In this document: piece after piece, positions 9,198 through 18,901 of the stretch
How positions within the stretch are numbered: the stretch's first letter is position 1
How the letters are laid out: each line of letters opens with the position of its first letter
From: Myxococcota bacterium
GTDB lineage: Bacteria; Myxococcota_A; UBA796; UBA2385
Length of the DNA stretch: 64,000 nt
Direction of reading: 5' to 3'
Assembly (NCBI GenBank): GCA_044344255.1
Contig: JBIJDH010000014.1
Coordinates: 32,001 to 96,000 of the forward strand
The notes under the pieces: generated by a model
Databases searched by the model: none
Seen by the model: the letters and a program-made list of their open reading frames with translations, nothing else
Told to the model about the DNA's origin: nothing
Made by a program: the position numbers and the translations under genes

Positions 9198-9244
9198 GCG
9201 GACCTCCCGGGGGATCGAAGGACCCCTCAGACGGAGAGACGCGA

Positions 9245-9261
9245 AGCATGATCCGTGCCAA
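9245..9261 (-). promoter_or_regulatory. sigma54 (-24/-12) promoter of the TraR/DksA gene
   Basis: Minus strand TTGGCACGGATCATGCT has GG-N10-GC spacing and a TGGCACG -24 box, about 50 bp upstream of the ATG. Confidence 0.75.
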
Positions 9262-9415
9262 TATGATCCCTGCCAATCCCGACCCCCATCCGACCGCGGC
9301 GGTTCAGGGGCCGGAGCGTCGCGGCGGCGAGCACGGTCCGCGCTCCATCCCGATGCGGTAGAGTCGGCTGCTCCCGCTCCGCCGCGAGGCCACCCCGAGG
9401 ATCGAGCTCCCCACC

Positions 9416-11017
9416 ATGCCCTCCTTGCGCTTCTTCCGTGGCCCCGACCTCCTCATCGAGTACCGCCTGCGCGCCGGTCGCACGACCGTCGGCCGCGCCG
9501 ACACCTGCGACGTCTCCCTGCCCGGGGAGACCATCAGCCGAACACACTGCATCATCGAAGGGCGAAACGATCGATGGGAGCTCATCGATCGCAGCCGTCA
9601 CGGTGTGCTGGTCGATGGGGTGCGCGTCGCGGAGCGGGCGGTCCTCCGTGACGGCGCTCGCCTCACGGTGAGCCCCTACGAGGTCGAGGTCAGCCTCGTC
9701 AACACCGAGCCCGCGCCCACGGCCCCCCAAGGCGCTGACCAGGGGCACGAGATCCTGCTCTCCACCGACGAGCTGGGGGTGCAGGTCGAGCGCGCCGTGC
9801 TGGTGGTCGTCTCCGGCGATCGGCCGGGCAGACGGGTGGTGCTGCGCCACGCTCGGATGGGCATCGGCGCCGCCCCGAGCGCGGTCGACGTCGAGTCTAC
9901 CGGCGTCCTGGTCGACCACTGCTTCCTCCGGGTGGCCCGAGGGCGCGTGATGATCGAGCCGGGCCGCGGTGCCACGTTCATCGACGGGCAACGCATCCGC
10001 GACATCACCCCTCTACACGCTGAAGAGGAGTTTCGAATCGGTGAGGTGGTGTTGCGGGTGGAGCGCGGCGTGGAAGAGGAGGCGCCGCAAGCCAACCGCT
10101 TCGGCGACATGGTGGCCGAGAGCCGCTCGATGCGACAGCTCTTCGGCACCCTGCGTCGGGTCGCGGGCCACCACTACACCGTGCTCGTTGTGGGCGAGAG
10201 CGGCACCGGCAAAGAGCTCGTCTCCCGCGGCATCCACGAGGCCTCGCCCCGCGCGGAGCGTCCCTTCGTGGCCATCAACTGTGGAGCGATCTCCGAGGGA
10301 CTGTTCGAGAGCGAGCTCTTCGGACACGTAAAAGGGTCCTTCACGGGGGCCGACCGACAGAAGGACGGCGCCTTTCAGGAGGCGGACGGCGGCACCCTCT
10401 TCCTCGACGAGATCGGTGAGCTGCCCGAGAACGCCCAGACCAAGCTCCTGCGCTGCCTCGAGACCGGGGAGGTGCGGAGGGTGGGCGCCTCCGAGGTCCA
10501 CCACCCCGACGTGCGCGTGGTGGCCGCCACCAACCGCGATCTGGCCCACGATGTGGCCCGCGGGGTCTTCCGGCAGGATCTGTACTTCCGCCTCTCCGTC
10601 CTCACCGTCACCATCCCGCCCCTGCGCGACCGGCTCGTCGATCTCGAGGTCCTCTGCAAGACGCTCTGCCGACAGCTCGACGCCGAGGCCCATGTCACCC
10701 GCGACGCGATGGAGGTGCTCCGTCAACATGAATGGCCGGGCAACATCCGCGAGCTCCGCAACGTCCTGACCCGCGCCTACGTGCTGAAGGGGCCCCGCAT
10801 CGACGTCGACAGCCTCACCTTCCACCAGATGTCGGGCCCTGAGCGGCCCACGCAGCAGGGGGCGAACCGCGCATCGCTCGAAGACGCCGAGCGCAGCTAC
10901 CTCGTGGGCGTACTGCGTCGCCACGGTGAGAACCGCTCCAGCGCCGCGCGCGAGCTCGGCATCGCGCGCAGCACCCTCCACTACAAGATGCGCAAGCACG
11001 GGCTCATGGACCGATGA
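9416..11017 (+). CDS. FHA-domain sigma54-dependent Fis-family enhancer-binding protein
   Basis: FHA (VGR...ISRTHC...SRHG), a degenerate second FHA, GESGTGKE, ESELFGHVKGSFTGA, LFLDEIGE, WPGNIREL and a Fis HTH. Confidence 0.95.
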   Translation: MPSLRFFRGPDLLIEYRLRAGRTTVGRADTCDVSLPGETISRTHCIIEGRNDRWELIDRSRHGVLVDGVRVAERAVLRDGARLTVSPYEVEVSLVNTEPAPTAPQGADQGHEILLSTDELGVQVERAVLVVVSGDRPGRRVVLRHARMGIGAAPSAVDVESTGVLVDHCFLRVARGRVMIEPGRGATFIDGQRIRDITPLHAEEEFRIGEVVLRVERGVEEEAPQANRFGDMVAESRSMRQLFGTLRRVAGHHYTVLVVGESGTGKELVSRGIHEASPRAERPFVAINCGAISEGLFESELFGHVKGSFTGADRQKDGAFQEADGGTLFLDEIGELPENAQTKLLRCLETGEVRRVGASEVHHPDVRVVAATNRDLAHDVARGVFRQDLYFRLSVLTVTIPPLRDRLVDLEVLCKTLCRQLDAEAHVTRDAMEVLRQHEWPGNIRELRNVLTRAYVLKGPRIDVDSLTFHQMSGPERPTQQGANRASLEDAERSYLVGVLRRHGENRSSAARELGIARSTLHYKMRKHGLMDR

Positions 11018-11574
11018 GCGGAGAGGGCGACCGCACGGAGCCCGGCGCGGTCGACGAGGTAGAGCGCCGACTCGGCCCGGACGAGGCCGGCCGGGGCCTG
11101 CTTGACGCCTGGACCCACAGCGGCTGGACCGGCGAGGCCACGGGGCCGCTGGGAGAGTCCGGCGCCGACGGGGAGCGCAGCCGGATCGCCGCGCTGGCCC
11201 GCCTCGCCGCCGGCCTCGACCGCCAGGCCGCTCCCGGCCGCTTCGCCGCCGCCGAGGGGCGCCCGAGCGAGGCCGTGAAGCGGCTGATCGCCGAAGAGCC
11301 GCTCGAGCTCTTGCCCGGTGTCGACGCGCTCCTCCCGCTGCCCCGCCCCGCCCGTCTCCCCGGCGTTGATCGCCCCACGGAGCGGCCCTCCGACCTCGGC
11401 CCCGAGCCCACCGAGGTCGGGGAGGACACCGATCTCCACGCGCGGATCGATCCCACAGCCGCCGTCAGTACAGCCCGATCACCCGGCGGTGCCTGGCTGC
11501 TCGCCCTCACCATCGTCGTCCTGCTCGCGCTGGCCGCCTCCCTGGCGCTGCTGCTGCTCCACTTCAAGCCCTGA
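11014..11574 (+). CDS. Hypothetical protein with C-terminal membrane anchor
   Basis: ATGA overlap with the activator gene; single C-terminal hydrophobic helix. Confidence 0.65.
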   Translation: MSGEGDRTEPGAVDEVERRLGPDEAGRGLLDAWTHSGWTGEATGPLGESGADGERSRIAALARLAAGLDRQAAPGRFAAAEGRPSEAVKRLIAEEPLELLPGVDALLPLPRPARLPGVDRPTERPSDLGPEPTEVGEDTDLHARIDPTAAVSTARSPGGAWLLALTIVVLLALAASLALLLLHFKP

Positions 11575-11676
11575 CAAAAGGCACACAGGCGGAGTCACGT
11601 GTTTGTCATGTCCGCGATAGGAGCCCTTCCCGGCAGAGATCCGGCGCGTGCGGGCGCCGATCTGCGCTGGGCAGCA

Positions 11677-11706
11677 TTGCCTACGAAGGCCGCCAAGGAC
11701 TAGAAT
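11677..11706 (+). promoter_or_regulatory. Putative sigma70 promoter for the PP2C gene
   Basis: TTGCCT-N18-TAGAAT, 23 nt before ATG 11730. Confidence 0.5.
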
Positions 11707-11729
11707 AGGCCCCGCAACACCGGAAGCGT

Positions 11730-13232
11730 ATGGCCCCTCAATCCCAACGGCCGGCTCCTTTCCCTCCAGGCACCAACCTCTCCGAGCACTACCTCGTAGA
11801 AGGTCTGGTTCGCCTTTCGGAAGGGAGGATGTTCTACCTCGCGAACGACGATCGGCCGGACCGACCGCGGCGCTTCTGCTGGGAGTGCGGGAGCGACGAG
11901 ACGCCGCGCGCCGACAGCAAGTGTCAGAGCTGCGGGGCCGATCTCGCGCCGCGGCGCTTCCTCGTCTCGGTGCGCTGGGACGCCGCCGGCTTCAAGCCTT
12001 TCACCGAGTTCTTCGAGAAGCGCCTCGAGCACAAGGGGGTGCTGTTCCCGGTAGACATGTTCTTCCAGGACAATGTCCTCTGCTCGGTCACCCCGTGGAC
12101 GGGTGAGGGCCTCCTCCTCGATGAGGGCTCTCCGCTGGCCCCCGAACGGGTGGTCGATCTCGCCCAACGCGGCGCGGGGATGCTCGCCTTCCTGCACCAC
12201 AACGGCGTGACGCTCAACCGCCTCACGCGGGCGAACTTCCTCGTCCGCAACGGCACGGAGCTCCTGCTCTTTGACCTCGACATCCAAAAGGTCACCGAGG
12301 GGCCCGCGCCCGAGGCCGCCCGCTCTCGGGAGGTCGCTTGGCTCGGCGCCGTGCTGCGCCGCTTCACCCCCGCCTCCGCGACCGACCTCCAGGAGGTCTT
12401 CTCGCAGGCCGAGGAGGGGACCTTCTCCTCGCCCTTGGAGTTCGGGCGGGCCCTCGAGGCGCTCTTCGAGCGAGATCACGGCCTCGGGAACCCCGAGGTC
12501 GGCGCGATGAGCGACGTCGGCCTCTGCCGCGTCCTCAATGAGGACAACTGGGGCTGGATCCACCTCCGCGACGACATCCAGCTCCACGTCGTCGCCGACG
12601 GCATGGGCGGCCACGAGGCCGGTGAGGTGGCGAGCGAGATGGCGGTCGAGACGATCTGCCGCGAGGCCCAGGGCCGGCTCACCCGCCTCACCCACGTCAC
12701 CCCGCACAGCCTGGAGAACGTGCTCGAAGAGTCGTTCCGCCAGGCCAACAACGGCATCAAGGACCACTCGGAGCGGATGGGCAGCGACATGGGCACCACC
12801 ATGGTCGCGACCCTCCTCGCCGGCCCGCGCCTCGCCTATGTGGCGAACGTCGGTGACTCTCGCGGCTACCTGATGCGCGAAGGGGTGCTCCACCAGGTCA
12901 CCCGCGACCACAGCCTCGTGGCCCGCATGGTGGAGCAGAACCGGATCACGCGGGAGGAGGCTCGCAACCACCCGCACAGCAACATCCTGCTGCGCACCGT
13001 GGGCACCGAGCGCGACGTCGACATCGACATCTTCAGCGTCGAGCTCGAGAAGAACGACCGCCTGCTCATGTGCTCCGACGGGCTCTGGGGCGAGGTGGAC
13101 GACGAAGACATCGAGGCGATCCTCAACCACTATGAGGATCCGCGGGTCGCCTGTCGCGAGCTCATCCGCGCCGCCCACCACGGCGGCGGGCGCGACAACA
13201 TCACGGTGATCATCCTCAACATCGCGCACTGA
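11730..13232 (+). CDS. PP2C/Stp1-type Ser/Thr phosphatase with N-terminal zinc ribbon and degenerate kinase-like domain
   Basis: CWEC...CQSC; kinase-like remnant (LAFLHHNGVTLNRLTRANFL, LFDL); PP2C motifs NED, VADGMGG, MGTT, NVGDSR, CSDGL and GGRDNIT. Confidence 0.93.
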   Translation: MAPQSQRPAPFPPGTNLSEHYLVEGLVRLSEGRMFYLANDDRPDRPRRFCWECGSDETPRADSKCQSCGADLAPRRFLVSVRWDAAGFKPFTEFFEKRLEHKGVLFPVDMFFQDNVLCSVTPWTGEGLLLDEGSPLAPERVVDLAQRGAGMLAFLHHNGVTLNRLTRANFLVRNGTELLLFDLDIQKVTEGPAPEAARSREVAWLGAVLRRFTPASATDLQEVFSQAEEGTFSSPLEFGRALEALFERDHGLGNPEVGAMSDVGLCRVLNEDNWGWIHLRDDIQLHVVADGMGGHEAGEVASEMAVETICREAQGRLTRLTHVTPHSLENVLEESFRQANNGIKDHSERMGSDMGTTMVATLLAGPRLAYVANVGDSRGYLMREGVLHQVTRDHSLVARMVEQNRITREEARNHPHSNILLRTVGTERDVDIDIFSVELEKNDRLLMCSDGLWGEVDDEDIEAILNHYEDPRVACRELIRAAHHGGGRDNITVIILNIAH

Positions 13233-13331
13233 GCGACGCACGGAGCGACGCTCCAGCGAGGCCCTGTGCGACGCTCGAGCGACGCGCCACACCGGCCCGA
13301 TGTGGCGCCGAAGCGCCCGCGCCGCCTGCCT

Positions 13332-13898
13332 TCAGCGGCCGATCATCGCGGCGACCTCGGCGTCGAGCTCGGCCTCGACGGCGGAGGGATCGGGCCGACC
13401 GATCGCGAAGATGTTGCCCTTTCTGTCGATCAGCACCGTGAGCGGGACGCCGGGGATGCCGTAGCGGGAGGCCACCACCCCGTGGGAGTCGTGCAGGATG
13501 GGGAAGGAGAGCCTCTGCTCTTCGATCCACGTGGCCAGCGGCCCGAGCTCTCCGCCCTCGGTACACACGCCGAGCACCACCACGCCGCGCCCTCCGTAGC
13601 GCTTCTGGATGCGAGACAGGGCGGCGAGCTCAGCCCCGCCCTGCTGCCGGCTGAAGAAGTACAGCACGACGCCGGCGTGATCTCGGCCGTCGAGGTCAGC
13701 GAGGGAGACCCGGGCGCGCCCGACCACCGAGATCGCCGCGTCCTCGTTGATGGCCGGCAGGCTGAACTGGAGCGCGGGCGCCCCCACCCCGACGCTCATC
13801 GGCTGCCCAGCGGCCTCGGCAGCGGGGCTGAGGCCCGGGAGGACCCCGAAGGACAGCGCCAGGAGGGACATCAGGGCGACCGAGCGGGGGTTGCACAT
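13332..13898 (-). CDS. TlpA/AhpC-TSA redoxin-fold protein lacking CxxC
   Basis: Signal peptide; VG..A..FSLP, FPILHD, YGIPGVP (cis-Pro) and LIDRKG; FFSRQQGG at the expected CxxC site. Start uncertain (13898 or 13949). Confidence 0.8.
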   Translation of the reverse strand: MCNPRSVALMSLLALSFGVLPGLSPAAEAAGQPMSVGVGAPALQFSLPAINEDAAISVVGRARVSLADLDGRDHAGVVLYFFSRQQGGAELAALSRIQKRYGGRGVVVLGVCTEGGELGPLATWIEEQRLSFPILHDSHGVVASRYGIPGVPLTVLIDRKGNIFAIGRPDPSAVEAELDAEVAAMIGR

Positions 13899-13978
13899 CT
13901 CACGGCTCCAAGGCGAACAGGCATGGGCAGGTGGGGCGGGCGGCTCCATCCGCGCACGTCGTATTATGAGGGCAGTGC

Positions 13979-15271
13979 ATGCAGATCAAGTCAGAAGGCG
14001 CGCCCACTCGACCCGGCAGCGAGGCGGCCGAGCCCCCGCTGCCGCTGCCGCTGCCGCTGCCGCTAGCGCTGCCGCTGTGCACGCGGGCTTTGGCGAAGGC
14101 TGTGGCGGACGCAGGCGGCCGACTGTGGCTCGTGGGCGGCTTCGTCCGCGACCGCCTGCTCGGGCGCCCCTCGAAGGACATCGACCTCGAGGTGCACGGC
14201 GTGGAGGCCGCCGCCCTGGAGCCCCTGCTGCGCCGCCTCGGTCGGGTCGTCGCCGTCGGCAAGAGCTTCGGCGTCTACAAGCTCCACGCCGACGGGCAGG
14301 AGCTCGACGTCGCCCTGCCCCGCGGTGACAGCGTCGGGGGCCTGTTCGGCGAGGTGCGGCACGACCCCGGGCTGGGCATCGAGGCGGCCGCCCGACGGCG
14401 GGACCTCAGCGTCAACGCGATGGCCCTGGATCCGCTCACCGGCGAGCTCGCCGACCCCTGCGGCGGGCTCCCCGATCTGCGGGCCGGTCGCCTCCGCGCC
14501 GCCGACCCTGCCCGCTTCGGCGACGATCCCCTGCGCGTCCTCCGCGCCTGCCGCTTCGCCGCTCAGCTCGGCTTCCACCTGGACCCCGCCCTGCAGGCCC
14601 TTGGGCGAACCCTCCCCATCGAGGCCCTGCCCCCCGAGCGGGTGGTGGGAGAGCTCGAGAAGCTGCTGCTGGCGCCGTTCCCCGCGCTCGGCTGGGCGGC
14701 GGGCCGCGCGATGGAGGTTTGGTCCCGGGTTCTGCCCGAGCGGGGAGAGTCGGCGGACGACGGCGCCTGGGAGCGCCTCCCGGCCCTCCGCGACCGCTGC
14801 GGGCCGCCCCCTCGGCCCCTCGCCCTCGGCTGGGCCGTCGCCCTCCGGGACAGCTCCCCGCTCGCCGCTCAGGCGCTCCTCGATCGGCTGAGGGTCCGCC
14901 TCCGAGACGGCTACCCCCTCCGCGATCAGGTCCTGACCGCGCTCCGATGCTGGTCCGCCCTCGACGACTCCGACCCGGGGCTCCGACGCCTCGCCGACCA
15001 GGGAGAGGTGGCCCTCATCACCACCGTCGGGCTCGCGATCAGCGGTGAGCCCCGCTTCGGAGGCGCCCTCGATCGTGCCGAGGCCCTCGGCCTGAGCCTG
15101 CTCCCTTTGCCACCGCTGCTCTACGGTCGCGACCTCGCGGCGCTCGGCGTGCCCGCGGGGCGCGGGATGGGCGAGCTCCTCTCCTCCCTCCGCGCCGCGC
15201 AGCTCGAGGGCCAGGTGTCCACGCCGGAGGAGGCGCGGGGCCTGCTCCGTCGGCTATGGTCCCCCGGCTGA
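13979..15271 (+). CDS. CCA tRNA nucleotidyltransferase / poly(A) polymerase family
   Basis: LVGGFVRD.LLG...DID, RRDLSVNAMA, DDPLRVLR..RF and ERV..E..K motifs. Confidence 0.92.
   Translation: MQIKSEGAPTRPGSEAAEPPLPLPLPLPLALPLCTRALAKAVADAGGRLWLVGGFVRDRLLGRPSKDIDLEVHGVEAAALEPLLRRLGRVVAVGKSFGVYKLHADGQELDVALPRGDSVGGLFGEVRHDPGLGIEAAARRRDLSVNAMALDPLTGELADPCGGLPDLRAGRLRAADPARFGDDPLRVLRACRFAAQLGFHLDPALQALGRTLPIEALPPERVVGELEKLLLAPFPALGWAAGRAMEVWSRVLPERGESADDGAWERLPALRDRCGPPPRPLALGWAVALRDSSPLAAQALLDRLRVRLRDGYPLRDQVLTALRCWSALDDSDPGLRRLADQGEVALITTVGLAISGEPRFGGALDRAEALGLSLLPLPPLLYGRDLAALGVPAGRGMGELLSSLRAAQLEGQVSTPEEARGLLRRLWSPG
14036..14077. repeat. Hexanucleotide microsatellite (CCGCTG)x7, imperfect
   Basis: Encodes PLPLPLPLPLALPL near the 5' end of the CCA enzyme ORF. 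Confidence 0.85.
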
Positions 15272-15284
15272 AGGAGGCTCCCCC

Positions 15285-16811
15285 GTGAGGATGCGGTCCG
15301 CCCTGCTCGCCATCACCCTGTCCCTCTCGCTGCCCGTCGCCCGGGCGGCCGATCCCGCGCCCGTGGCCGTAGCTCCCGCAGGGGCGCCCCCCAGCGGGGC
15401 CGCGGCCGCCGCGCCCGGGCTCGGCGTGAAGTCGGACCTCCGCGCCGAATACCTGGCGGGAGACCTCATCTTCGTACAGCTCAACCTGAAGAACGGCTCC
15501 ACCGCGGCGATCTCGGCGCCCGACATCGCCCAGCGCCCCTGGTTGGTCGACTTCGAGCTCGGCATGCCCGGGGGGAACCGTCAGCACCGGCGCACCACCG
15601 CGCCCGCCCAGGACGCCGGGCAGACGATCTCCCTCCGCCCCAAGGGCGAGCGGAGCACCCTGCTCGAGATCCCGCTCAGCGACACGCTCAAGCCCGGCAC
15701 GTACACCCTCCGCATGACGGTCGATCTCGGAGCCGGGCGGTCCGCCGCCATCGGCCCCGAGACGATCGTGGTCGCCGCAGCCCGCCCCGTCCACGCCGAC
15801 CTTCGGAGCCAGCGCGATCCTCGCGGCCCCGGCCCGATCCTCTGGGTCCATCAGGCCGCTCGGGGCTTCGACGTCTACCTGCACGACAGCCCCACCGTCG
15901 CCGCCCCCGAGGCCGGGCGGAGCGCCTGGCTGCTGCACAGCGACGCGGCGATCCTCCCGGTGCTGAGCCGCACCAAGGCTGGGGGAGGCGGCAGCCAGCA
16001 CCTCTTGTGGACCACCGGTGACCGCAGCATCCACTTCGCGCGCATCGACGACCAGCGCATCCGCGGCTCCGTCGGCCGCATCGAGACCCCCTGGCCCAAG
16101 GTGGAGCTCCGCGGCGAGCCCGCCACCGACAGCGCCGGCGTCTTGCACGTCCCGCTCTGGATCCCGGCCCCGAAGGGGAGCGGCGGGGAGCTCCGATTGT
16201 TGAGCGTGGACGATCGGGGGCGACCGGCCTTCCGACGCATGGCGCTGCTCACCGCCCCCCCGCTCGAGCTCTCCACCACCGTCGATGACTCCGGCGCGGT
16301 GCACGTGCTCGTCCGTCAGGCCACCCTGCTGGATCTCTACACCGCCTCCCCCGGCCTCGACGACAAGTCCCGCACCGAGGCGCTGCCCGTGCCCGGCCGC
16401 CGAATCGCCTCTGCCGAAGCCGGAGAGACCTGGTTGACCGCTCGCTTCGGGCTCATCGCCGACTCCGGAGAGCAGGCGGGCGGCTTGATGGTCCTCTTGC
16501 TCTCCACCGCAGGCGGCCAGCTTCAACCACGGTGGTTGGGCCTCCGTGGGTCCGTCAACCGCACGCCCGCCCCGGTGCCTTGGCCCGAGGGGCAGACGCT
16601 GCTCGAGCTGCTCGTCGGCGCCACAGACCTCCCCGGTCTCTTGGTCCGGGGCCCCGACGGCCGAACCGCTTGGCTTGAGGGTGGCACCACACCGGTCCGC
16701 CTACCGGAAGGCCGCTGGGCCCTGGCGCGCAGCGCCGACAACACCGCGTTGATCCGCAACGTGGTCAACGGCGGGCCCGTGAAGGTCACCCCCCTCGTCT
16801 CGCGCCCGTAG
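15285..16811 (+). CDS. Secreted hypothetical protein (beta-rich)
   Basis: AAGGAGG RBS; signal peptide ending ARA; Ig-like N-terminal region (LKPGTYTL). Confidence 0.75.
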   Translation: MRMRSALLAITLSLSLPVARAADPAPVAVAPAGAPPSGAAAAAPGLGVKSDLRAEYLAGDLIFVQLNLKNGSTAAISAPDIAQRPWLVDFELGMPGGNRQHRRTTAPAQDAGQTISLRPKGERSTLLEIPLSDTLKPGTYTLRMTVDLGAGRSAAIGPETIVVAAARPVHADLRSQRDPRGPGPILWVHQAARGFDVYLHDSPTVAAPEAGRSAWLLHSDAAILPVLSRTKAGGGGSQHLLWTTGDRSIHFARIDDQRIRGSVGRIETPWPKVELRGEPATDSAGVLHVPLWIPAPKGSGGELRLLSVDDRGRPAFRRMALLTAPPLELSTTVDDSGAVHVLVRQATLLDLYTASPGLDDKSRTEALPVPGRRIASAEAGETWLTARFGLIADSGEQAGGLMVLLLSTAGGQLQPRWLGLRGSVNRTPAPVPWPEGQTLLELLVGATDLPGLLVRGPDGRTAWLEGGTTPVRLPEGRWALARSADNTALIRNVVNGGPVKVTPLVSRP

Positions 16812-16843
16812 CGGGATATTCTCGAGGGCGAACGCCAAACGCC

Positions 16844-16872
16844 GACGGGCGCTCCACCAGGGAGCGCCCGTC
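16844..16872. terminator. Hairpin between convergent genes, probable terminator
   Basis: Perfect 12-bp stem GACGGGCGCTCC-accag-GGAGCGCCCGTC. Confidence 0.75.
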
Positions 16873-16929
16873 ATCGTCCGCAGGAGTCGAGATCGGGAGA
16901 GACCGCAGCCTCAGCCCGGCCCGCTCCGC

Positions 16930-18054
16930 TCAGCCATCGCAGCAGAGCGCAGGGTAGAGCCCACAGAACTGCTCGCGGCTCTCCGCGCCGTACCGCACCC
17001 CACTCTCGACGTCCGACGGATCGGTCAGGAAGTCGAAGGCGCAGGCGTCCTCCGGCGGGTAATCGCCGCACATCTCGGGGTTCGCGCAGCAGAACTGCTG
17101 CAGCTCCTCGACACAGAAGGCGCGCTCCAGCTTGTCGGTGCACTCCACCAGCTCACCGTCGTTCTGGGACTCGCCCCGCACCACACACTCGGTCAAGGGC
17201 GTGTAGACGATGTTCGTCTCGCCGGTCGAGGGGTTGAGGGTGGCCATCACGTCCTGGCAGTCGCCGTCCACCACCATCGCGCCGAAGGACAGGTCGCCGT
17301 CGTCGTAGGGGGTAGAGAAGGTCTGCATCAGCACCGTGTAGCTGGCACCCTCGTGCAGAGCGGTGTCGATGGTGCAATACTCCGGGGAGCCGAGCCCCGA
17401 GTGCTGCCCGTCGATCCCGAACAACGAGGACAACATGTTGCACTGGCTATAGTCGATCTCCAAGGTACGCCCGAGACTATCGGTGTAGAATCCCTTGAAG
17501 TTGCCGATCTCGACGCCGGGCGATCCATTGTAGTAGGACGACAGACCGCCGAAGAGGTCAAGGTCACCGTCGTCGGACGTGTAGTCCGGGTAGTACCAGG
17601 GCCGCACCGTACCCGGGGGGTCTTCAGACACCCCCAGATCGTTGCTCCAGAACACCGTCTCCGGATCCACGATCACGCAGACCGGCCCGCCGGTGCCCTT
17701 GAAGGTGAAGGTGGCGCCACCCTCGACGCCGAGCTCTCCGGTGCCGACCGTCCCGTAGTAGCAGCGGGGGTCTCCACCCGTGCCCTCGCCACCCTCGACG
17801 CCTTCGACCGGATCGATGACGGTCTCACAGAACGAGTAGGCCGCCTCCGCGTCGAAGGAGCTGCCCGCCTCCGCCGGCCACTCGGGCACGTTGGCGCCCT
17901 TGTAGGCGTTCCAGTCATCCGCGCCAATGACGGCCAGCTCCCCGATCTCCACCACAGGCGGCGCGGTCGAGCGGAACTGCGGGAGGAAGTCAGAGGCGTC
18001 CCGGTCACAGCCGAGCAGCACGGAGAGAAGAAGGAGCCCGCTATTCGCCTTCAT
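16930..18054 (-). CDS. Cys-rich acidic lipoprotein
   Basis: MKANSGLLLLSVLLGC lipobox plus 16 further Cys; overlaps the upstream gene. Confidence 0.85.
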   Translation of the reverse strand: MKANSGLLLLSVLLGCDRDASDFLPQFRSTAPPVVEIGELAVIGADDWNAYKGANVPEWPAEAGSSFDAEAAYSFCETVIDPVEGVEGGEGTGGDPRCYYGTVGTGELGVEGGATFTFKGTGGPVCVIVDPETVFWSNDLGVSEDPPGTVRPWYYPDYTSDDGDLDLFGGLSSYYNGSPGVEIGNFKGFYTDSLGRTLEIDYSQCNMLSSLFGIDGQHSGLGSPEYCTIDTALHEGASYTVLMQTFSTPYDDGDLSFGAMVVDGDCQDVMATLNPSTGETNIVYTPLTECVVRGESQNDGELVECTDKLERAFCVEELQQFCCANPEMCGDYPPEDACAFDFLTDPSDVESGVRYGAESREQFCGLYPALCCDG

Positions 18055-18901
18055 ACTTGAACCCCAGGACAACCTCGAAGTCGTCGTCCGGACTGCTGAG
18101 CGTGGGGATCTCACTCGCCACCCAGTCCCCACCGCCGATGTGCTCGGAGGCGTGGTTCAGGATGTCATCGAAGTTGGTGCCCCGGTCGTAAATCTCGTCG
18201 TAATAGCTGTGTGTTTGGCCGTTCTCGCCGATCACACAGCTATCGAAGCCGAAGGAGGTGTCCGGGGAGTCCATCCAGCCCCACACCACCATGCCCTCTT
18301 GGAAGAAGGTGTGGAGGATGTCGACCTCGGCCTCGTAGAAGTCGCCCTTGTCCTTGAAGTCGAGCTCACCCTCCTTGATGAAGTCGACCTCATGGTCGGT
18401 CGAGTACACCTGCTGCTCGTAGCAGCGCTCCCGGTACTCGTCCGCACCCACGGCGACGCCCTCGTCGTTGAGGATCGGGGTGTGCAGCGTGTTGGCGTAA
18501 AAGTCGAGCACGTCCTCAAAGGACTTGTATCGACCCGTGACCAGCTGACAGCGGATCGCCTCGTAGCAGCCCCAGTCGAAGCGCCCGACCGACGTACCGC
18601 CGTAGGGATAGGTGTCGCCCTCGCGGTCCTCGACGACCGGCCCCGTCTCCGGGTAGGCGTAGGTGTGAGCGCCCTCCTGGATGCCCGGGAATACCCCCAA
18701 GTACACCGGCCCAAGGGCCCGCATGTCGCCGGAGACGTTCTCCGCCAGGCTGGTCTCAGGGTTCAGGAAGGCGAGGTCAAGCGCCTCCTTCGGGATCTTC
18801 ACGGTGCCGTGAATGTCCTTGTGGTCGATGACCTCCTCGTACTTGCAGCCGAAGGCCGCAGACAGCAGGGCACCGAAGAGCACGCTTCGGGGGGCGCTCA
18901 T
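18041..18901 (-). CDS. Acidic lipoprotein
   Basis: MSAPRSVLFGALLSAAFGC lipobox; ATGA overlap with the TBDT gene. Confidence 0.85.
   Translation of the reverse strand: MSAPRSVLFGALLSAAFGCKYEEVIDHKDIHGTVKIPKEALDLAFLNPETSLAENVSGDMRALGPVYLGVFPGIQEGAHTYAYPETGPVVEDREGDTYPYGGTSVGRFDWGCYEAIRCQLVTGRYKSFEDVLDFYANTLHTPILNDEGVAVGADEYRERCYEQQVYSTDHEVDFIKEGELDFKDKGDFYEAEVDILHTFFQEGMVVWGWMDSPDTSFGFDSCVIGENGQTHSYYDEIYDRGTNFDDILNHASEHIGGGDWVASEIPTLSSPDDDFEVVLGFKYEGE

Noticed and set aside
11572..11608. Inverted repeat TGACAAA-N23-TTTGTCA
   Set aside because: Only 7-bp arms and no adjacent sigma54 promoter; too weak to call.
13231..13286. Repeated GCGACGC heptamers between convergent genes
   Set aside because: Short, irregularly spaced and expected at this GC content.
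14036..14077. (CCGCTG)n as a phase-variation switch
   Set aside because: A 6-bp unit keeps the reading frame and lies in a nonconserved N-terminal extension.
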